Below are positions 1 to 9,697 of a stretch of 64,000 nt of DNA, one piece after another. The stretch's first letter is position 1. Each line of letters starts with the position of its first letter. The DNA comes from an uncultured Actinomycetota bacterium (GTDB lineage: Bacteria; Actinomycetota; Actinomycetes; Streptosporangiales; Streptosporangiaceae), in contig CAVRGA010000002.1 in the NCBI GenBank assembly GCA_963720575.1, forward strand, positions 5,149,209 through 5,213,208, in the 5' to 3' direction. The position numbers were made by a program, and so were the translations under genes. The notes beneath the pieces were generated by a model. That model worked only from the letters and a program-made list of their open reading frames with translations, was not told the origin of the DNA and did no database searches.

Positions 1-99
1 GCGCAGGGCCAGCAGGCTGGCCGTCGCGCAGCCCGCTGGCCCGCCTCCCACGACCACCGCGTCGAACTGGGAACTGTGGTCCACCTCGGACACCCCTTC
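1..99 (-). CDS. FAD-dependent oxidoreductase/monooxygenase, N-terminal fragment. The gene continues beyond the window start.
   Basis: Minus-strand translation of 1-99 gives ...VSEVDHSSQFDAVVVGGGPAGCATASLLALR. This is a classic GxGxxG dinucleotide-binding N-terminus. It is in frame to position 1 without a stop. Confidence 0.4.
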
Positions 100-197
100 C
101 GGGGGTAGCAGTCTGTGCCGGCCGACGGATGGCTTGTTTACTTGACTCGCATGCTACGCGGCCAGCCCGCTAGGGGGCCGCGGATGGCCGGGCGCGT

Positions 198-1226
198 TCA
201 CTGCTCCAGCCGCTGTGCCAGATCCAGCCAGGACCTGGCATTGACCCTGGCAAGGTGGGCGATCGATGAGGCGCGATGGGCGGGAATATGCGGCACGCTT
301 TGCTCAATGGCCCTGATGCCCAGCGTGCAGGTGTGCAGCCACCGGATGATGCCGCGGCCTTTCTCGTTATATCTCAGCGCCGGGTCGCGGCTGAGCTTCT
401 GCACTATAGATTCCGCGATGCTGATTGACGTTGCCGCGGTACCGGCCGCGGCGAGGTCGGCTGGGCTAGCGGATTCGGCGCCCTGCGCCTCCGCCTGGCC
501 CGTGTGCAGCCTGGTCGGCTCGGCCTCCTGGCCGTCCTCGCTGGCGCTGTCGCGCTGGGCAGGCACAGGGTCCTGGCCGCGCCGCAGCCTGGCCCGCACG
601 TCCCTGACCGTCGCCGTGGAGATGCCGGCGGATCTTGCGATGTCCCTGAGCGACGCGGCCGGGTCGTGCGCGAGCAAGTCCGCGGCGATCCTGCGTCCAT
701 CGGCGCTGTTCAGCGGCCGGACGCGGCCGTCGCGGCCCGTCCTGGCGGTCAACTGGGTATTTGCGCCAGTCGCACACTGGCGGAGCGCGCTGACCGTCTT
801 GTGCGACAGGCCGGCGGCGATCGCGATGCGCCGGTCGGACCAGTGCGGATGGGACTGCAGTATCCGCACCGCCGCGCCCTTCCGCTCGGCCAGAGTTAAA
901 GGCAATCCGTGAACGACGTTCTCATGTACGGCAATGACAAACGCCTCGTGTTCATCTCCCTTGAACCATCGCACTAGAATGGTGTCCTCGCCGCGGAGCG
1001 TGGCGGCTCGAAGCCGATGCATTCCGTCTATGACTCGCATACTCGGCCAATGTACAATTATCGGCGGAAAGGAGACGTCCAAGTCAGCCAGGCTACGGAC
1101 GTAGCGAGCGTTCAGGTCCCCGGCGCGCGGTGAGTCTCCTGGCCGCAGTGACGCGACCCGCACCCGGGCAGTGCCGTCGTCAGCTGGCTCAGCTTTCCAT
1201 GGGACGCGAATCATATCGACCGACAT
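198..1226 (-). CDS. ParB/Srx-like nuclease-domain protein with two HTH segments; putative regulator.
   Basis: 342-aa ORF. ParB/sulfiredoxin-like core IIVHWPSMRVIDGMHRLRAATLRGE, then two HTH-like stretches (AIAAGLSHKTVSALRQ; IARSAGISTATVRDVRARL). Sits divergently from the flavoenzyme gene. Confidence 0.55.
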   Translation of the reverse strand: MSVDMIRVPWKAEPADDGTARVRVASLRPGDSPRAGDLNARYVRSLADLDVSFPPIIVHWPSMRVIDGMHRLRAATLRGEDTILVRWFKGDEHEAFVIAVHENVVHGLPLTLAERKGAAVRILQSHPHWSDRRIAIAAGLSHKTVSALRQCATGANTQLTARTGRDGRVRPLNSADGRRIAADLLAHDPAASLRDIARSAGISTATVRDVRARLRRGQDPVPAQRDSASEDGQEAEPTRLHTGQAEAQGAESASPADLAAAGTAATSISIAESIVQKLSRDPALRYNEKGRGIIRWLHTCTLGIRAIEQSVPHIPAHRASSIAHLARVNARSWLDLAQRLEQ

Positions 1227-1594
1227 TGGTTAACACTTCCTATCTATGAATTCGATAGATGGAGAGATTGCCAGACGGCAACTAAATCGGCCATGGGTTA
1301 AATATAGTAAAAAATGATCACGAAACTGCGTTACGAATCATAACTTATCGTGAGGTTACGACAGAAGAGCCTGGCTGCGGGCCTGCCCGGGCCAGGCGTC
1401 GGCGCTGCCCGCCAGCCGGTACTGCTTGATGCCGCGTTTACGCAGGCCAGCCAGCCGAGGGGGACGAGGACGGGCCGGCAGCCGGCCCGGTGACGTGTAG
1501 AGAAAATGTATCGTTCCTGTACTGACATGCACGTTCCGGGCATCCTGGTAGCTGCCAGCGGCGCCGGTCGATACGAAATTGGCGGCAGAGGTCG
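1227..1594. promoter_or_regulatory. Divergent intergenic region, AT-rich, with a small inverted repeat.
   Basis: GC content drops sharply (…aaatatagtaaaaaatgatcacgaaactgcgttacgaatcataactta…). Inverted repeat TCTAT-gaattcg-ATAGA at about 1243-1259. Lies between divergently transcribed genes. Confidence 0.3.
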
Positions 1595-2764
1595 ATGAAG
1601 CAATTGCTTAATAGCACGTCGGAACAGGTCAGCGCTTTCGCGAAAATGTTGCGCAGCCGGGCGGCTGAAGTCGAGAAACTCGGCACGATGCCAGCCGACA
1701 TCGCGCAGGCAGGAAAAGACAGCGGATTGTTTATGCTCGCGGTACCGCAGTCATTAGGCGGACTTGAGCGCGATCCGCTCACGATCATCGCCATCATCGA
1801 GGAACTGAGCCGCGCTGACGGCTCAGGCGGCTGGACGACAGCCATCAGCAACAACTCGGTCTTTTTTGCCTGGCTAGAGCCGGGCGTGGCGAAGGAGATT
1901 CTCGGCGACAGCCCGCGGATCGCGGCGACCTGCATGTTCACTCCGGTGGGGCGGGCAGTCGCGAATGGCAGCGACGCGGACTTCTCGGTCAGCGGACGAT
2001 GGCCGTTCAGCAGCGGGTGCATGCATGCTGACTGGTTCCAGGCCGGCTCATTTGTCATGGATCGCTCCAATACCCCGGTCATCAGGAACGGACGGCCTGA
2101 CTATCGTTTCGCTTTCTTTCCCAGCGACCAGGCGGAGGTCATTCCGACTTGGGACGCGCTCGGCCTTCGCGGGACCGGCAGCCATTCCATCGCGACCAAA
2201 GGCATCACCGTCGCCGAGCAGCACACGGCCGCGATGTTCTTCGAGCAAGCGCCGCACGACGGGCCGCTGTGGCGAATCCCGGCCTTTACCCTCGCTGGCA
2301 TCTTCCTGGCCGGATTTCCGCTCGGCGTCGCTGCCCGTGCCCTTGACGAATTCCGCTCGCTGGCGCTGTCAAGGGTCCGCGCGCCTGCCACCCAGCCGCT
2401 TGGCTATGAGCCCGAGTGCCAGGTGGAGTATGCGCACAGCGAGGCCGTCGTCCGAGCGGCCAGGAGCCTGGTATTCGACTCGGTCGGGCGGCTGTGGGAG
2501 ATCGCCCTGCGCGGCGACGTTCCTGACGTGCAGGTACGCGCGGAGGTTCTGCTAGCGGTGCAGCACGCGATGCACTCGTGCGCGTCAGCGGTGGACGGCA
2601 TCTTGCGGCTGGCGGGCGCCAGGGCCGTTGCCAAGGGCAATGCACTCGAGCGCTGCTTCCGCGACATTCATACCGGCGCGCAGCACGTTTTCTTCAGTTC
2701 GGACGCGGCCAAGCGGTTCGCGAAGTGCCGCTTCGGCATCGAGCAGGACACCTTCATGATCTAA
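1595..2764 (+). CDS. Acyl-CoA dehydrogenase-family flavoenzyme; possibly a tailoring oxidase.
   Basis: 389 aa. N-terminal ACAD-like fold (FMLAVPQSLGG, GSGGWTTAISNNSV) and typical length. Confidence 0.7.
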   Translation: MKQLLNSTSEQVSAFAKMLRSRAAEVEKLGTMPADIAQAGKDSGLFMLAVPQSLGGLERDPLTIIAIIEELSRADGSGGWTTAISNNSVFFAWLEPGVAKEILGDSPRIAATCMFTPVGRAVANGSDADFSVSGRWPFSSGCMHADWFQAGSFVMDRSNTPVIRNGRPDYRFAFFPSDQAEVIPTWDALGLRGTGSHSIATKGITVAEQHTAAMFFEQAPHDGPLWRIPAFTLAGIFLAGFPLGVAARALDEFRSLALSRVRAPATQPLGYEPECQVEYAHSEAVVRAARSLVFDSVGRLWEIALRGDVPDVQVRAEVLLAVQHAMHSCASAVDGILRLAGARAVAKGNALERCFRDIHTGAQHVFFSSDAAKRFAKCRFGIEQDTFMI

Positions 2765-2766
2765 GG

Positions 2767-4545
2767 TCAGATCTCGAGTCGTATCTGGTAACGCTCGAGC
2801 CAGTCGTTTATTCGCAGCACCCGCTCCAGGCCGAGGCGCACGACCTGCGCGCCGTTGGCTGGCATCGCGGCGAGGGCGCGCACCGTGGGAAGGCTGAGCA
2901 GGCTAAATACCGGGGCTTCGCGCGCCGTGAGCAGAGCACTGACGGCGCGGCGCAACTGCTCGTGATATCGCGGGTCCTGGGTCGTCGGATACGGGCTTTT
3001 CGCCCTGGCAAGCACCGATGCCGGAAGCAGGTCGCTGGCTGCCGCGCGGAGCAGGCTCTTCTCGCGCCCGTCGAATGTCTTCATCGCCCAGGGCACATTG
3101 AAGACGTATTCGACGAGCCGGTGATCAAGGAATGGCACCCGCACCTCGAGACCCGCCGCCATGCTCATCCTGTCCTTGCGCTCGAGCGGCAGTGGCAGGA
3201 ACCGGGTCAGGTGCAGGTGGCAGATCTCCCGCATCCTTCTTTCCCGCTGGCTTTCGCCCGGCAGCCGGGGCACCTCACGCAGTGCCTGCGCGTACCTCTC
3301 CGCCTGATAACCGGGCACGTCGAGGCCCTTGAGCCGCGGCTCGTAAATGGAATGGCGACCCAGGCGACGGGTCATCGCCAGCCAGGGAAAGGTGTCTGCC
3401 TCGACCGATAGCTGGTCATGGAACCAGGCGTATCCGCCGAAGACCTCGTCCGCGCCTTCGCCAGACAAGGCGACGGTTGAGTGCGCACTTATGGTTTTGC
3501 AAAGCAGATACAGCGAGGTATCCATGTCGCCGAGTGGCGGCAGGTCCCTCGCCCGCAAGGTCGCCTCCCACGCGTGCGCGCTGGTCAGGTCATCGGCGGC
3601 GATGCGGAGATCGGTGTGCTCGGTGCCGACATGGGCGGCTACGTCGCGCACGTAAGGAGCGTCGGGGGTCTGGCGCATCTCGTCGGCGGTGAAGTCGAGT
3701 TCGACGGCGAAGGATCGCAGCGGGCCGAGACCTTCGCGCTGAAGTACCTGCTGCGCGAGCGCCACGATGGTGCTTGAGTCAAGGCCGCCTCCGAGCAGGG
3801 CGCACAGCGGCACGTCGGCGATCAGCTGACGCTCGATGGCGTCCTCGATCAGCTCGCGAACATTCGCGATCGTGGTGCGCAGGTCGTCCGGGTGCTCGCC
3901 GGCTCGCAGCGACCAGTAGCAGTGCTCGGAAACGTGACCGCGCCTGACGCGGAGGAAGTGCCCTGGCTTCACTTCCCGCATGCCCTTGAATACCGCTTCC
4001 CCTGGCGTGCGGGCCATCGACAGCATTTCGAGCGCGCCCCGGCCATCGACCACGGGCTCGGCAAGCCCGCTGGCGAAGATCGCCTTCGGCTCTGACCCGA
4101 AGATCACCCCGTTAGCCAGCCGGTAGTAGTAAAGCGGCTTGATGCCGAGCCGGTCACGGGCCAGCAGGAGCTCTTCTTTCTCCGGGTCCCAGATCGCGAA
4201 GGCGAACATCCCGTTGAGCCGGCGGACTATGTCCTCGCCCCAGCGCAGGTACCCGCGCAGCAAGACCTCCGTGTCACTTCTGGTCACGCACCCGGACAGC
4301 TGCGCGCGCAGCTCGCGGTAGTTGTAGATCTCGCCGCTGAATGACAGCACCGCGCCGGCCGCCATGGGCTGCCTGCCGCCTTCGACGTCGATGACCGCGA
4401 GGCGACGGTGACCGAGCACCGCGTGCGGCCCGGTCCAGCTCCCTTGCTGGTCGGGACCCCGGTGGACCATGGTGCCGGTCATGCGCAGCACAGTCTCCTG
4501 ATCGGGCGCGCCGTCAAAGTCGATCAAGCCGCAGATGCCGCACAT
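2767..4545 (-). CDS. asnB: Asparagine synthase (glutamine-hydrolysing), AsnB family.
   Basis: 592 aa. N-terminal MCGICG carries the Cys1 glutaminase nucleophile. The synthetase domain motif SGGLDSS is present. Length matches AsnB. Confidence 0.85.
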   Translation of the reverse strand: MCGICGLIDFDGAPDQETVLRMTGTMVHRGPDQQGSWTGPHAVLGHRRLAVIDVEGGRQPMAAGAVLSFSGEIYNYRELRAQLSGCVTRSDTEVLLRGYLRWGEDIVRRLNGMFAFAIWDPEKEELLLARDRLGIKPLYYYRLANGVIFGSEPKAIFASGLAEPVVDGRGALEMLSMARTPGEAVFKGMREVKPGHFLRVRRGHVSEHCYWSLRAGEHPDDLRTTIANVRELIEDAIERQLIADVPLCALLGGGLDSSTIVALAQQVLQREGLGPLRSFAVELDFTADEMRQTPDAPYVRDVAAHVGTEHTDLRIAADDLTSAHAWEATLRARDLPPLGDMDTSLYLLCKTISAHSTVALSGEGADEVFGGYAWFHDQLSVEADTFPWLAMTRRLGRHSIYEPRLKGLDVPGYQAERYAQALREVPRLPGESQRERRMREICHLHLTRFLPLPLERKDRMSMAAGLEVRVPFLDHRLVEYVFNVPWAMKTFDGREKSLLRAAASDLLPASVLARAKSPYPTTQDPRYHEQLRRAVSALLTAREAPVFSLLSLPTVRALAAMPANGAQVVRLGLERVLRINDWLERYQIRLEI

Positions 4546-4563
4546 CTGGTCTCCGTTCGTCAG

Positions 4564-5829
4564 TCAGGCTCCGGCGATGCCGGCTGACCTTGGCCGCAGC
4601 GCGAGCGGCACCCGCGCGTAACCGCGCACGACCTGATGTGGCCGGCGGACCGGCTGGCCGGCCACGTCGATCGAGCCGCACCTCGAAATCAGCTGCTCGA
4701 ATACGGCGGCGCCTTGCGCTCTGGCGAGCAGGACGCCGAGGCAGTGATGGGCACCGCCGCCGAAGCTGAGATGCGGATTAGGCCGCCTGGTCAGGTCAAG
4801 CCGGTCTGGCTCGCGGAACTGCGACGCGTCCCGGTTTGCCGACCCCAGCATGAGCAGGACGATCCTGCCGGGGCGGAGCACGCGCTCGCCGATCCCGACT
4901 GGCTGCGTGGTCACCCTCGTGACCCACTGGAGCGGCGCGTCGTACCTCAGCACCTCCTCGGCCGCCGCGGCCACGAGCGACGGGTCGGCGGCCAGCCTGG
5001 CGCGCTGATCCGGGTGCTGAGCGAGCGCCAGGCAGCCGCCGGCGATCAGGTGCATGGTCGTCTCGAAACCCGCGAAGAGCAGGAACGTCAGGTTGTCGAG
5101 TAGCTCATCCTCGGTAAAGCGATCGCCATCAGGCTGCGGCGCGATCGCTCGCGAGATCACGTCGTCGCCCGGCGTTTTCGCCCGCTCGCGCATCAGGTCG
5201 CGCAGGTAGGCCTTGAGCCAGCTCGCCTCGCGTTCCCCGTTGCCCTGCTCCGCATTGGTAAACGGGATCAAGATGATCGCCCGGCCGAGGTCGGCTGCCA
5301 CCGAGGCGACCTGCGCGCTGTCCGCCGCCGGAATGCCGAGCAGGTCGCACACGACGCGAAGCTGAAGCGGCAGCGCGAGGTCGCTGACGATCTCGGTCTC
5401 GGCCCGGTCAAGCGCGCTCGTGACGAGTTCGTCCGTCGTCTGGCGGATGACCGTTCGCATCCTGCGGACCAGGGGCGGATTGAGCACGCGGGACATCAGG
5501 CCGCGCAGCCTCGGGTGCTGCGGCGGGTCGAGCGCGGACAGCAGGTTGGGAAGCTCGGCGTTCGGCCGGGTGGCGGCGAGCAACCGCGCGCCCAGATCGC
5601 CTTGCCGCGCGGGCAAGCGGGGTGGCCGCATGCCGCCCGGCCTGCCGTGTCCGAGCCTCGGGTCGCGCAGCAGCGCGGATACCTCGGCGTACCTGGTCAC
5701 GCCCCAGGTGCCGGGCCCGCATCGGCAGAGCGGGCCGGCCTGCCGCAGGCTGGCGTAGGCCGGATAGGGGTCTTCGGGAAAGGCGGGGCTCAAGATGTTG
5801 AACTGCGGAGGGAGGGCTGCGGTCGTCAT
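4564..5829 (-). CDS. Cytochrome P450.
   Basis: 421 aa. Heme-binding loop FGGGAHHCLG. EXXR-type helix K (EEVLRYD). AGFETT I-helix motif. Confidence 0.85.
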   Translation of the reverse strand: MTTAALPPQFNILSPAFPEDPYPAYASLRQAGPLCRCGPGTWGVTRYAEVSALLRDPRLGHGRPGGMRPPRLPARQGDLGARLLAATRPNAELPNLLSALDPPQHPRLRGLMSRVLNPPLVRRMRTVIRQTTDELVTSALDRAETEIVSDLALPLQLRVVCDLLGIPAADSAQVASVAADLGRAIILIPFTNAEQGNGEREASWLKAYLRDLMRERAKTPGDDVISRAIAPQPDGDRFTEDELLDNLTFLLFAGFETTMHLIAGGCLALAQHPDQRARLAADPSLVAAAAEEVLRYDAPLQWVTRVTTQPVGIGERVLRPGRIVLLMLGSANRDASQFREPDRLDLTRRPNPHLSFGGGAHHCLGVLLARAQGAAVFEQLISRCGSIDVAGQPVRRPHQVVRGYARVPLALRPRSAGIAGA

Positions 5830-5844
5830 GCCTGCCTGACTAGG

Positions 5845-7047
5845 TCACTTGGGATGAACCGACATGGGGACACTGGCATGCGCGCGAACCGCGCCGCCGG
5901 CCACGCGGGCAGGTGAGCCGTTCCATTCACAGCTCGCCAGGCGGCGCGCCAGGCTGGCGAAAACCGTCCTGGCCTCGAGCCGGGCCAAGGCCGCGCCGAG
6001 GCAGAAGTGAGGTCCGCCCCCGAAGCTCACGTGCGGGTTCGGCCGCCGGCCGATCTCAAGCTGCCAAGCCCGGGCGAACTGACGTTCGTCACGATTGGCC
6101 GAGCCGATGAGCAGGAGCACCATGCGTCCCGCCCGAATCGTCCGGCCGCCTATTTCCACAGGCTCGAGCGCGACCCGGTACCGGCTCTGGATCGGGGCAT
6201 CGAGCCGCAGGAACTCCTCCACCGCCGCCGGGGCCAGACCGGGATCAGCCAGCAGCCGTGCCAGCTCGGCTGGATGGTCGAGCAGGGCGGCGCAGCCCGT
6301 GGCGATGAGGCTCGTAGTCGTCTCGAAGCCGGCGAAGAACAGGAAGACGATGTTGTCGACGATCTCCTCGAGCGTCAGTCCTTCGCCGGCCTCGGGAGCG
6401 GCGAGGCGCGAGAGCAGGTCGTCGCGTGGCGCCAGGCGGCGCTCGGCGAGCTGGCCGGCTATGTAGGTCCTGAGCCAGCTGACAGCCGCGTCGGCCGCGG
6501 CCTGGGCGGCGGGCTCGCCCGTCGCGGCGACCGCCTTGCCGAGATCAGCCGCCCTGCGGCGAACTTCGTCGCGGTCAGCGGGGGGGATCCCGATCAGCTG
6601 GCAGATCACCGCGACTGGCAGCGGCGTGGCGAGGTCGGCCACGACCTCGAGGCGTCCTGCTTCGAGCCCGGGCGCGAGCAGCGAGTCGGCCAGCGCGGCA
6701 ATCGCGGGCCCGATGCGGCGCACCGCACCTGGCGTGAATCCCTGGCCGACCAGCTTGCGGATCCGCCCGTGAGCCGGGTGGTCGCGATACAGCATGATGC
6801 GCCTGGCGAACTCGCCGGCCGCGCCGGTGCCAGCGGACAGCCGGTGATAGAGATCAGGCAGCTGGCTGCCAAGACGCTGGTCGTTCAGCAGGGCGGTGAC
6901 GTCAGCGTGCCTGCTCGCCACCCACTGCCCTGGACCGCCCCGGCACAGCGCCCCGGCCCTGCGCAGCCGCTCGTAGTCCGGATAGGGATCGGCCCCTGAC
7001 GCGCTATCGCGCGGATCGAACCGATATGGCAGGAGCCCGCTGTTCAC
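5845..7047 (-). CDS. Cytochrome P450.
   Basis: 400 aa. FGGGPHFCLG heme loop, AGFETTT I-helix, EEFLRLD. Paralogous to the adjacent P450. Confidence 0.85.
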   Translation of the reverse strand: MNSGLLPYRFDPRDSASGADPYPDYERLRRAGALCRGGPGQWVASRHADVTALLNDQRLGSQLPDLYHRLSAGTGAAGEFARRIMLYRDHPAHGRIRKLVGQGFTPGAVRRIGPAIAALADSLLAPGLEAGRLEVVADLATPLPVAVICQLIGIPPADRDEVRRRAADLGKAVAATGEPAAQAAADAAVSWLRTYIAGQLAERRLAPRDDLLSRLAAPEAGEGLTLEEIVDNIVFLFFAGFETTTSLIATGCAALLDHPAELARLLADPGLAPAAVEEFLRLDAPIQSRYRVALEPVEIGGRTIRAGRMVLLLIGSANRDERQFARAWQLEIGRRPNPHVSFGGGPHFCLGAALARLEARTVFASLARRLASCEWNGSPARVAGGAVRAHASVPMSVHPK

Positions 7048-7126
7048 GTGCTTACTATCAGGCTGGCCCGAGGTTTATGGCAACACAATCAGTTACACTC
7101 TCATCTGCGGTCAGCAATTTCCGACG

Positions 7127-8224
7127 ATGACATTAGAGGGTCAGCTCATGACCAGCGCCGATATACACGAAGCGAAGTCGCGGGAGCTTGATGAGCTGAC
7201 CGAAAATATCGAGCGACTGCGGCGGCTAGCCGATTACAGTAGCGCTCTTGCGCTGCGTGCGGCTTGTTCTCTGGGTATAGCTGACTATCTTGCCGACGGT
7301 CCCCTCGCGGTCACTGAATTGGCGGCGGCGAGCGCCACCTCGGCTCCGGTGCTGCGCAGGATTCTGCACGCTCTCGCGGCGCATGGAGTATTCGAGGAGA
7401 TCGCACCTGACAGTTACGCGCTGGGCAGCCTGGGCGACCTGCTGCGCCGTGACCATCCGCTGTCGATGCACGACGCCTACGAACTCTGGCCGCTGCACAT
7501 CAGGGCCTGGAGCGCGTTCGAGTTCAGCGTCCGGACCGGGGCGGCGGCGTTCGAGCACGTGCACGGCGTCGCCCATCGGCAGTATCGCGCCAGCCACCTC
7601 GACGAAGACGCGCGGATGGACCGGGCCCATCGCGCCGCCACGAACGCTGACCTGCTGACGCTGACCCGCGTCTACGACTGGTCTGCGGGGGTCCGGGTCG
7701 TCGTCGACGTCGGCGGCGGTACCGGCGCCTTCCTGGCCGGCTTGCTGACGAGGTACAGGCAACTTCGCGGCGTGCTCTTCGACCTGCCCACGATGGTGAG
7801 CAGGTCGGGCGAGGTGCTCGACGGCTCGCCGGCAGCTGACCGCATCGAGATCGCGCCGGGGGATTTCTTCGCCAGCGTGCCGCCCGGCGGGGATCTCTAC
7901 GTACTCAAGGCGGTACTCGGCGGCTGGCCGGACGAGTCGGGCGTGCTCATCTTGCGTGCCGTCCGCAAGGCGATGGGGGCCGGAAGCCGCCTGCTGATCA
8001 TCGAGCCGATCTTGCAGCACGACGCGCGGTTCACGATCGGCAATATGGTGCACCTTCAGACACTGGTGCTCTACGGCGGCCCGGAACGCGCCATGCAGGA
8101 CTACGAGCGCCTCGCCGCCGAAGCCGGGCTGCGGCTCAGCCGGGTGATCCCGCGCGCGACGCTGTCCATCATGGAGTTCACGCTGGCTGACCGGCGGGCT
8201 CAGGCCGGCAGCGAGGCGACCTGA
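7127..8224 (+). CDS. Class I SAM-dependent O-methyltransferase (COMT-like, with dimerisation domain).
   Basis: 365 aa. Motif I VVDVGGGTGAF. LFDLP...PGDFF motifs typical of plant-like O-methyltransferases. Confidence 0.8.
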   Translation: MTLEGQLMTSADIHEAKSRELDELTENIERLRRLADYSSALALRAACSLGIADYLADGPLAVTELAAASATSAPVLRRILHALAAHGVFEEIAPDSYALGSLGDLLRRDHPLSMHDAYELWPLHIRAWSAFEFSVRTGAAAFEHVHGVAHRQYRASHLDEDARMDRAHRAATNADLLTLTRVYDWSAGVRVVVDVGGGTGAFLAGLLTRYRQLRGVLFDLPTMVSRSGEVLDGSPAADRIEIAPGDFFASVPPGGDLYVLKAVLGGWPDESGVLILRAVRKAMGAGSRLLIIEPILQHDARFTIGNMVHLQTLVLYGGPERAMQDYERLAAEAGLRLSRVIPRATLSIMEFTLADRRAQAGSEAT

Positions 8225-9489
8225 GCAGCCGGGTCGCTGGCCGCCGCCGCGGCGAGCGCGACGTACTTCGCGAGAAAAGCGCGTGCCCACCGCGGGTCAA
8301 CCCGGTCCTGGCTGAAGAAGAGCTTGACCGCGAACCCTGAGCCGCGCGGCATGAGAGCGAGCTCGAAGTCGAAGCGGCCGCTGACGTCAGGCACCATTCC
8401 GGTGAATTCGAGATCGCCTGCGGTAATGCTGGCCTCGAGAGGCTGGCTGAGCATCTGGAACACGACGTCATCAAGCCGCAGTTTCCCTGGCCTGGTGGTC
8501 ACCTGGGTCAGCAGGTGAAAGGGCAGTTCCTGGTGCGCGGTCGCTCCGATCACGACGCGCCTGGCGACCGCGACGGTGTCAGCGAAGGTCGCGTCGGCTG
8601 GCAGCCGCGCGCGGAGCACCAGCATGTTGGCGATGAAACCGACGGTGTTCTGCACCTCGGGCTTCGCGCGATTCGCGAACAGCGATGACACGGAAAGGTC
8701 CGGCTGGCTGGTGGCCCGGCAGAGCATGGCGTAATAGACCGCGAGCATGACGGCGAAGATCGTGGTCCCGCTGACCCTGGCAAGTTCCCTGAGCTTCGCG
8801 CCGACCTCATCGGGTATCTGCGACTGCTCGGCTCGTCGTCGCGCTCCGACGGCTCGTGCCTGGCCGATCGGGAGGTCGAGCGGCCCGGCGCCGGTTAGCT
8901 GAGCGCGCCAGTACTCCTGGTGCCTGAGGAAGTCAGGCCGCCTGAACTGCCGGGCCTGCCAGAGCGCGAAGTGCCGGTACTGCCAGGCGGGCGGTGGCAG
9001 CACCTGGCCGTCCTCCGCCGCGGCCGAGTAACAGAGCGCCACCTCCCGGAGCAGGACATCGCAGGACCAGGTGTCAGTGATCAGGTGATGCATGTTGACG
9101 CACAGCACGTGCTCCGTGCTGCTCGCCTGCCAGAGGTGAACGCGCACCGGCCAGATGACCGGGTCTACCCTCGTCCCGAGCTCGACCGTCAGCGCCTCAC
9201 CGACCGCGCCCGGTCCGTCGAGGCTGACGCGGGAAAGCGGCAGCGGCCCCGGATCGTGTACGACCTGGGTGAGGCCGCGGCCCGCGCCGGTGAAGGTCGT
9301 GCGCAGCGACTCGTGGCGGGCAGCGAGCTTGCCGACGGCGACAGTGAGCCTGGCCAGGTCGAGCGGCCCAGTCAGCCGGCACACCATAGGGCAGTTCAGA
9401 GTCCCGCCCTGGCCGTGGTGCCGGTCGAGGAACCACAGCAGCCGCTGACCGGCAGAAGCCGGGACCTGTCTCATTGCGCGAACCGCCAA
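8200..9489 (-). CDS. Free-standing NRPS condensation (C) domain protein.
   Basis: 429 aa. Catalytic HHxxxD core HHLITDTWS. N-terminal LLWFLDR motif. Confidence 0.8.
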   Translation of the reverse strand: MAVRAMRQVPASAGQRLLWFLDRHHGQGGTLNCPMVCRLTGPLDLARLTVAVGKLAARHESLRTTFTGAGRGLTQVVHDPGPLPLSRVSLDGPGAVGEALTVELGTRVDPVIWPVRVHLWQASSTEHVLCVNMHHLITDTWSCDVLLREVALCYSAAAEDGQVLPPPAWQYRHFALWQARQFRRPDFLRHQEYWRAQLTGAGPLDLPIGQARAVGARRRAEQSQIPDEVGAKLRELARVSGTTIFAVMLAVYYAMLCRATSQPDLSVSSLFANRAKPEVQNTVGFIANMLVLRARLPADATFADTVAVARRVVIGATAHQELPFHLLTQVTTRPGKLRLDDVVFQMLSQPLEASITAGDLEFTGMVPDVSGRFDFELALMPRGSGFAVKLFFSQDRVDPRWARAFLAKYVALAAAAASDPAAQVASLPA

Positions 9490-9697
9490 TCTGCTGTCAC
9501 GATCAAGGCTGTCAGTGGCCGCTAATGTCCGCTCAGCCTAACAATCCGTATTCGCAGGAAGCCAGGCCTTGCTGCCGTTTGCCTTCATTTTCCGACGCCG
9601 GAGGCCAGGTCATAAACAAGCACCCTCAACGGCCATCCAGCGCCAATGCCCGCTGGATTTCTGTCAAGATTGTCACATCTGTTTCTGAGGGCTGATC

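Noticed and set aside
115-912. 265-aa plus-strand ORF.
   Set aside because: Entirely antisense to the ParB-like gene (198-1226). Ala/Arg/Ser-rich low-complexity translation typical of out-of-frame high-GC sequence. No recognisable motifs.
2767-4545. AsnB homolog as a lasso-peptide cyclase.
   Set aside because: The protein retains the N-terminal MCGICG glutaminase nucleophile typical of true glutamine-dependent amidotransferases. No leader peptidase (transglutaminase-like B protein), RRE or small precursor is nearby. The gene sits inside an NRPS tailoring context instead.
6007-6999. 330-aa plus-strand ORF.
   Set aside because: Antisense to the P450 gene 5845-7047, which has unmistakable heme-loop and I-helix motifs. 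The translation is Arg/Gly/Pro-rich nonsense.
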